A DNA stretch of 64,000 nucleotides from Marsupella aquatica (Eukaryota > Plantae > Marchantiophyta), in contig OZ316892.1 in assembly GCA_973895155.1 (NCBI GenBank), positions 13,818,861 through 13,882,860 on the forward strand. Reading direction: 5' to 3'. The notes under the pieces were generated by a model that saw only the letters and a program-made list of their open reading frames with translations, ran no database searches and had not been told where the DNA came from. Of this stretch, positions 63,505-64,000 are shown one piece after another. The first letter of the stretch is position 1, and the number at the start of each line of letters is the position of its first letter. A program made the translations under genes and the position numbers.

Positions 63505-64000
63505 TTACGAGAGTTTGACGATTTCATGAGAATATTATCAGATAGGAAAGACCGTGAAATGGAAGCCAAAGAAAAGTAAACATTTATTTATAATTCTTAT
63601 TTATACTTTTGACTTTGTGTTGTGAGTGACGCGCCCGGTCGCGTCGCTGTGTGGATTTATTTATATTGTTATGTGAGTATCATGTCGGGTGGCCTGGTTG
63701 AATTGATTGCATAATATGAGAATTGAACTATGGATACATTAGTCACGCGACCGTGCGCGTGTAAACGTTCGTCGTTTACTTATATTTTTAAAATTTGTGT
63801 GTTATGTTTAGGGGTTAATATGATAATCGAATTGTTGATTTACAGGAGACTAAGTGGAGCAGATCGCGTCAACTTCTAGTTTTAGGAGTGGAAAACTTTC
63901 TATGTATATTAAGAAATATACTCCTGAGCTCAAGTGGCCTACGGCAATTCGTATCGGATCTCTATGTGTCGTTCCGAGGACATATCTTCATGATTTTCTA

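Overview
This is eukaryotic nuclear DNA from a land plant, with GT-AG introns throughout. The long intron-containing 5' leaders and the gene content suggest a non-seed plant, possibly a liverwort; that is an inference. Five spliced genes can be reconstructed: a partial SKOR/GORK-type Shaker K+ channel (minus strand, running off the left edge), a patatin-like lipase, an HP20/HP22-like Tim17/22/23 protein, a plant-specific importin-beta-like karyopherin (At3g17340/PLANTKAP-like), and a CHY-CTCHY-RING zinc-finger E3 ligase (RZFP34/MIEL1-like). Intergenic DNA is rich in decayed repeats. It includes a complete non-autonomous 3.4-kb LTR element with a half-tRNA-Ile primer site, inserted in a foldback element, plus LINE-like relics and a truncated transposon-like ORF. 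Three observations stand out. (1) The K+ channel carries N-M-I at the S6 gating triplet where SKOR/GORK have D-M-I. (2) A ~2-kb non-coding leader/intron block of the CHY-RING gene has a second copy 25 kb away without the CDS; both copies keep splice sites, a 12-codon uORF and a 93-nt hairpin with pairing-compatible changes. (3) The LTR element has an extended PBS whose wobble position matches inosine. No prokaryote-type system (CRISPR, operon) is present. Exon boundaries and alignments were read by eye and may be off by a few nt.
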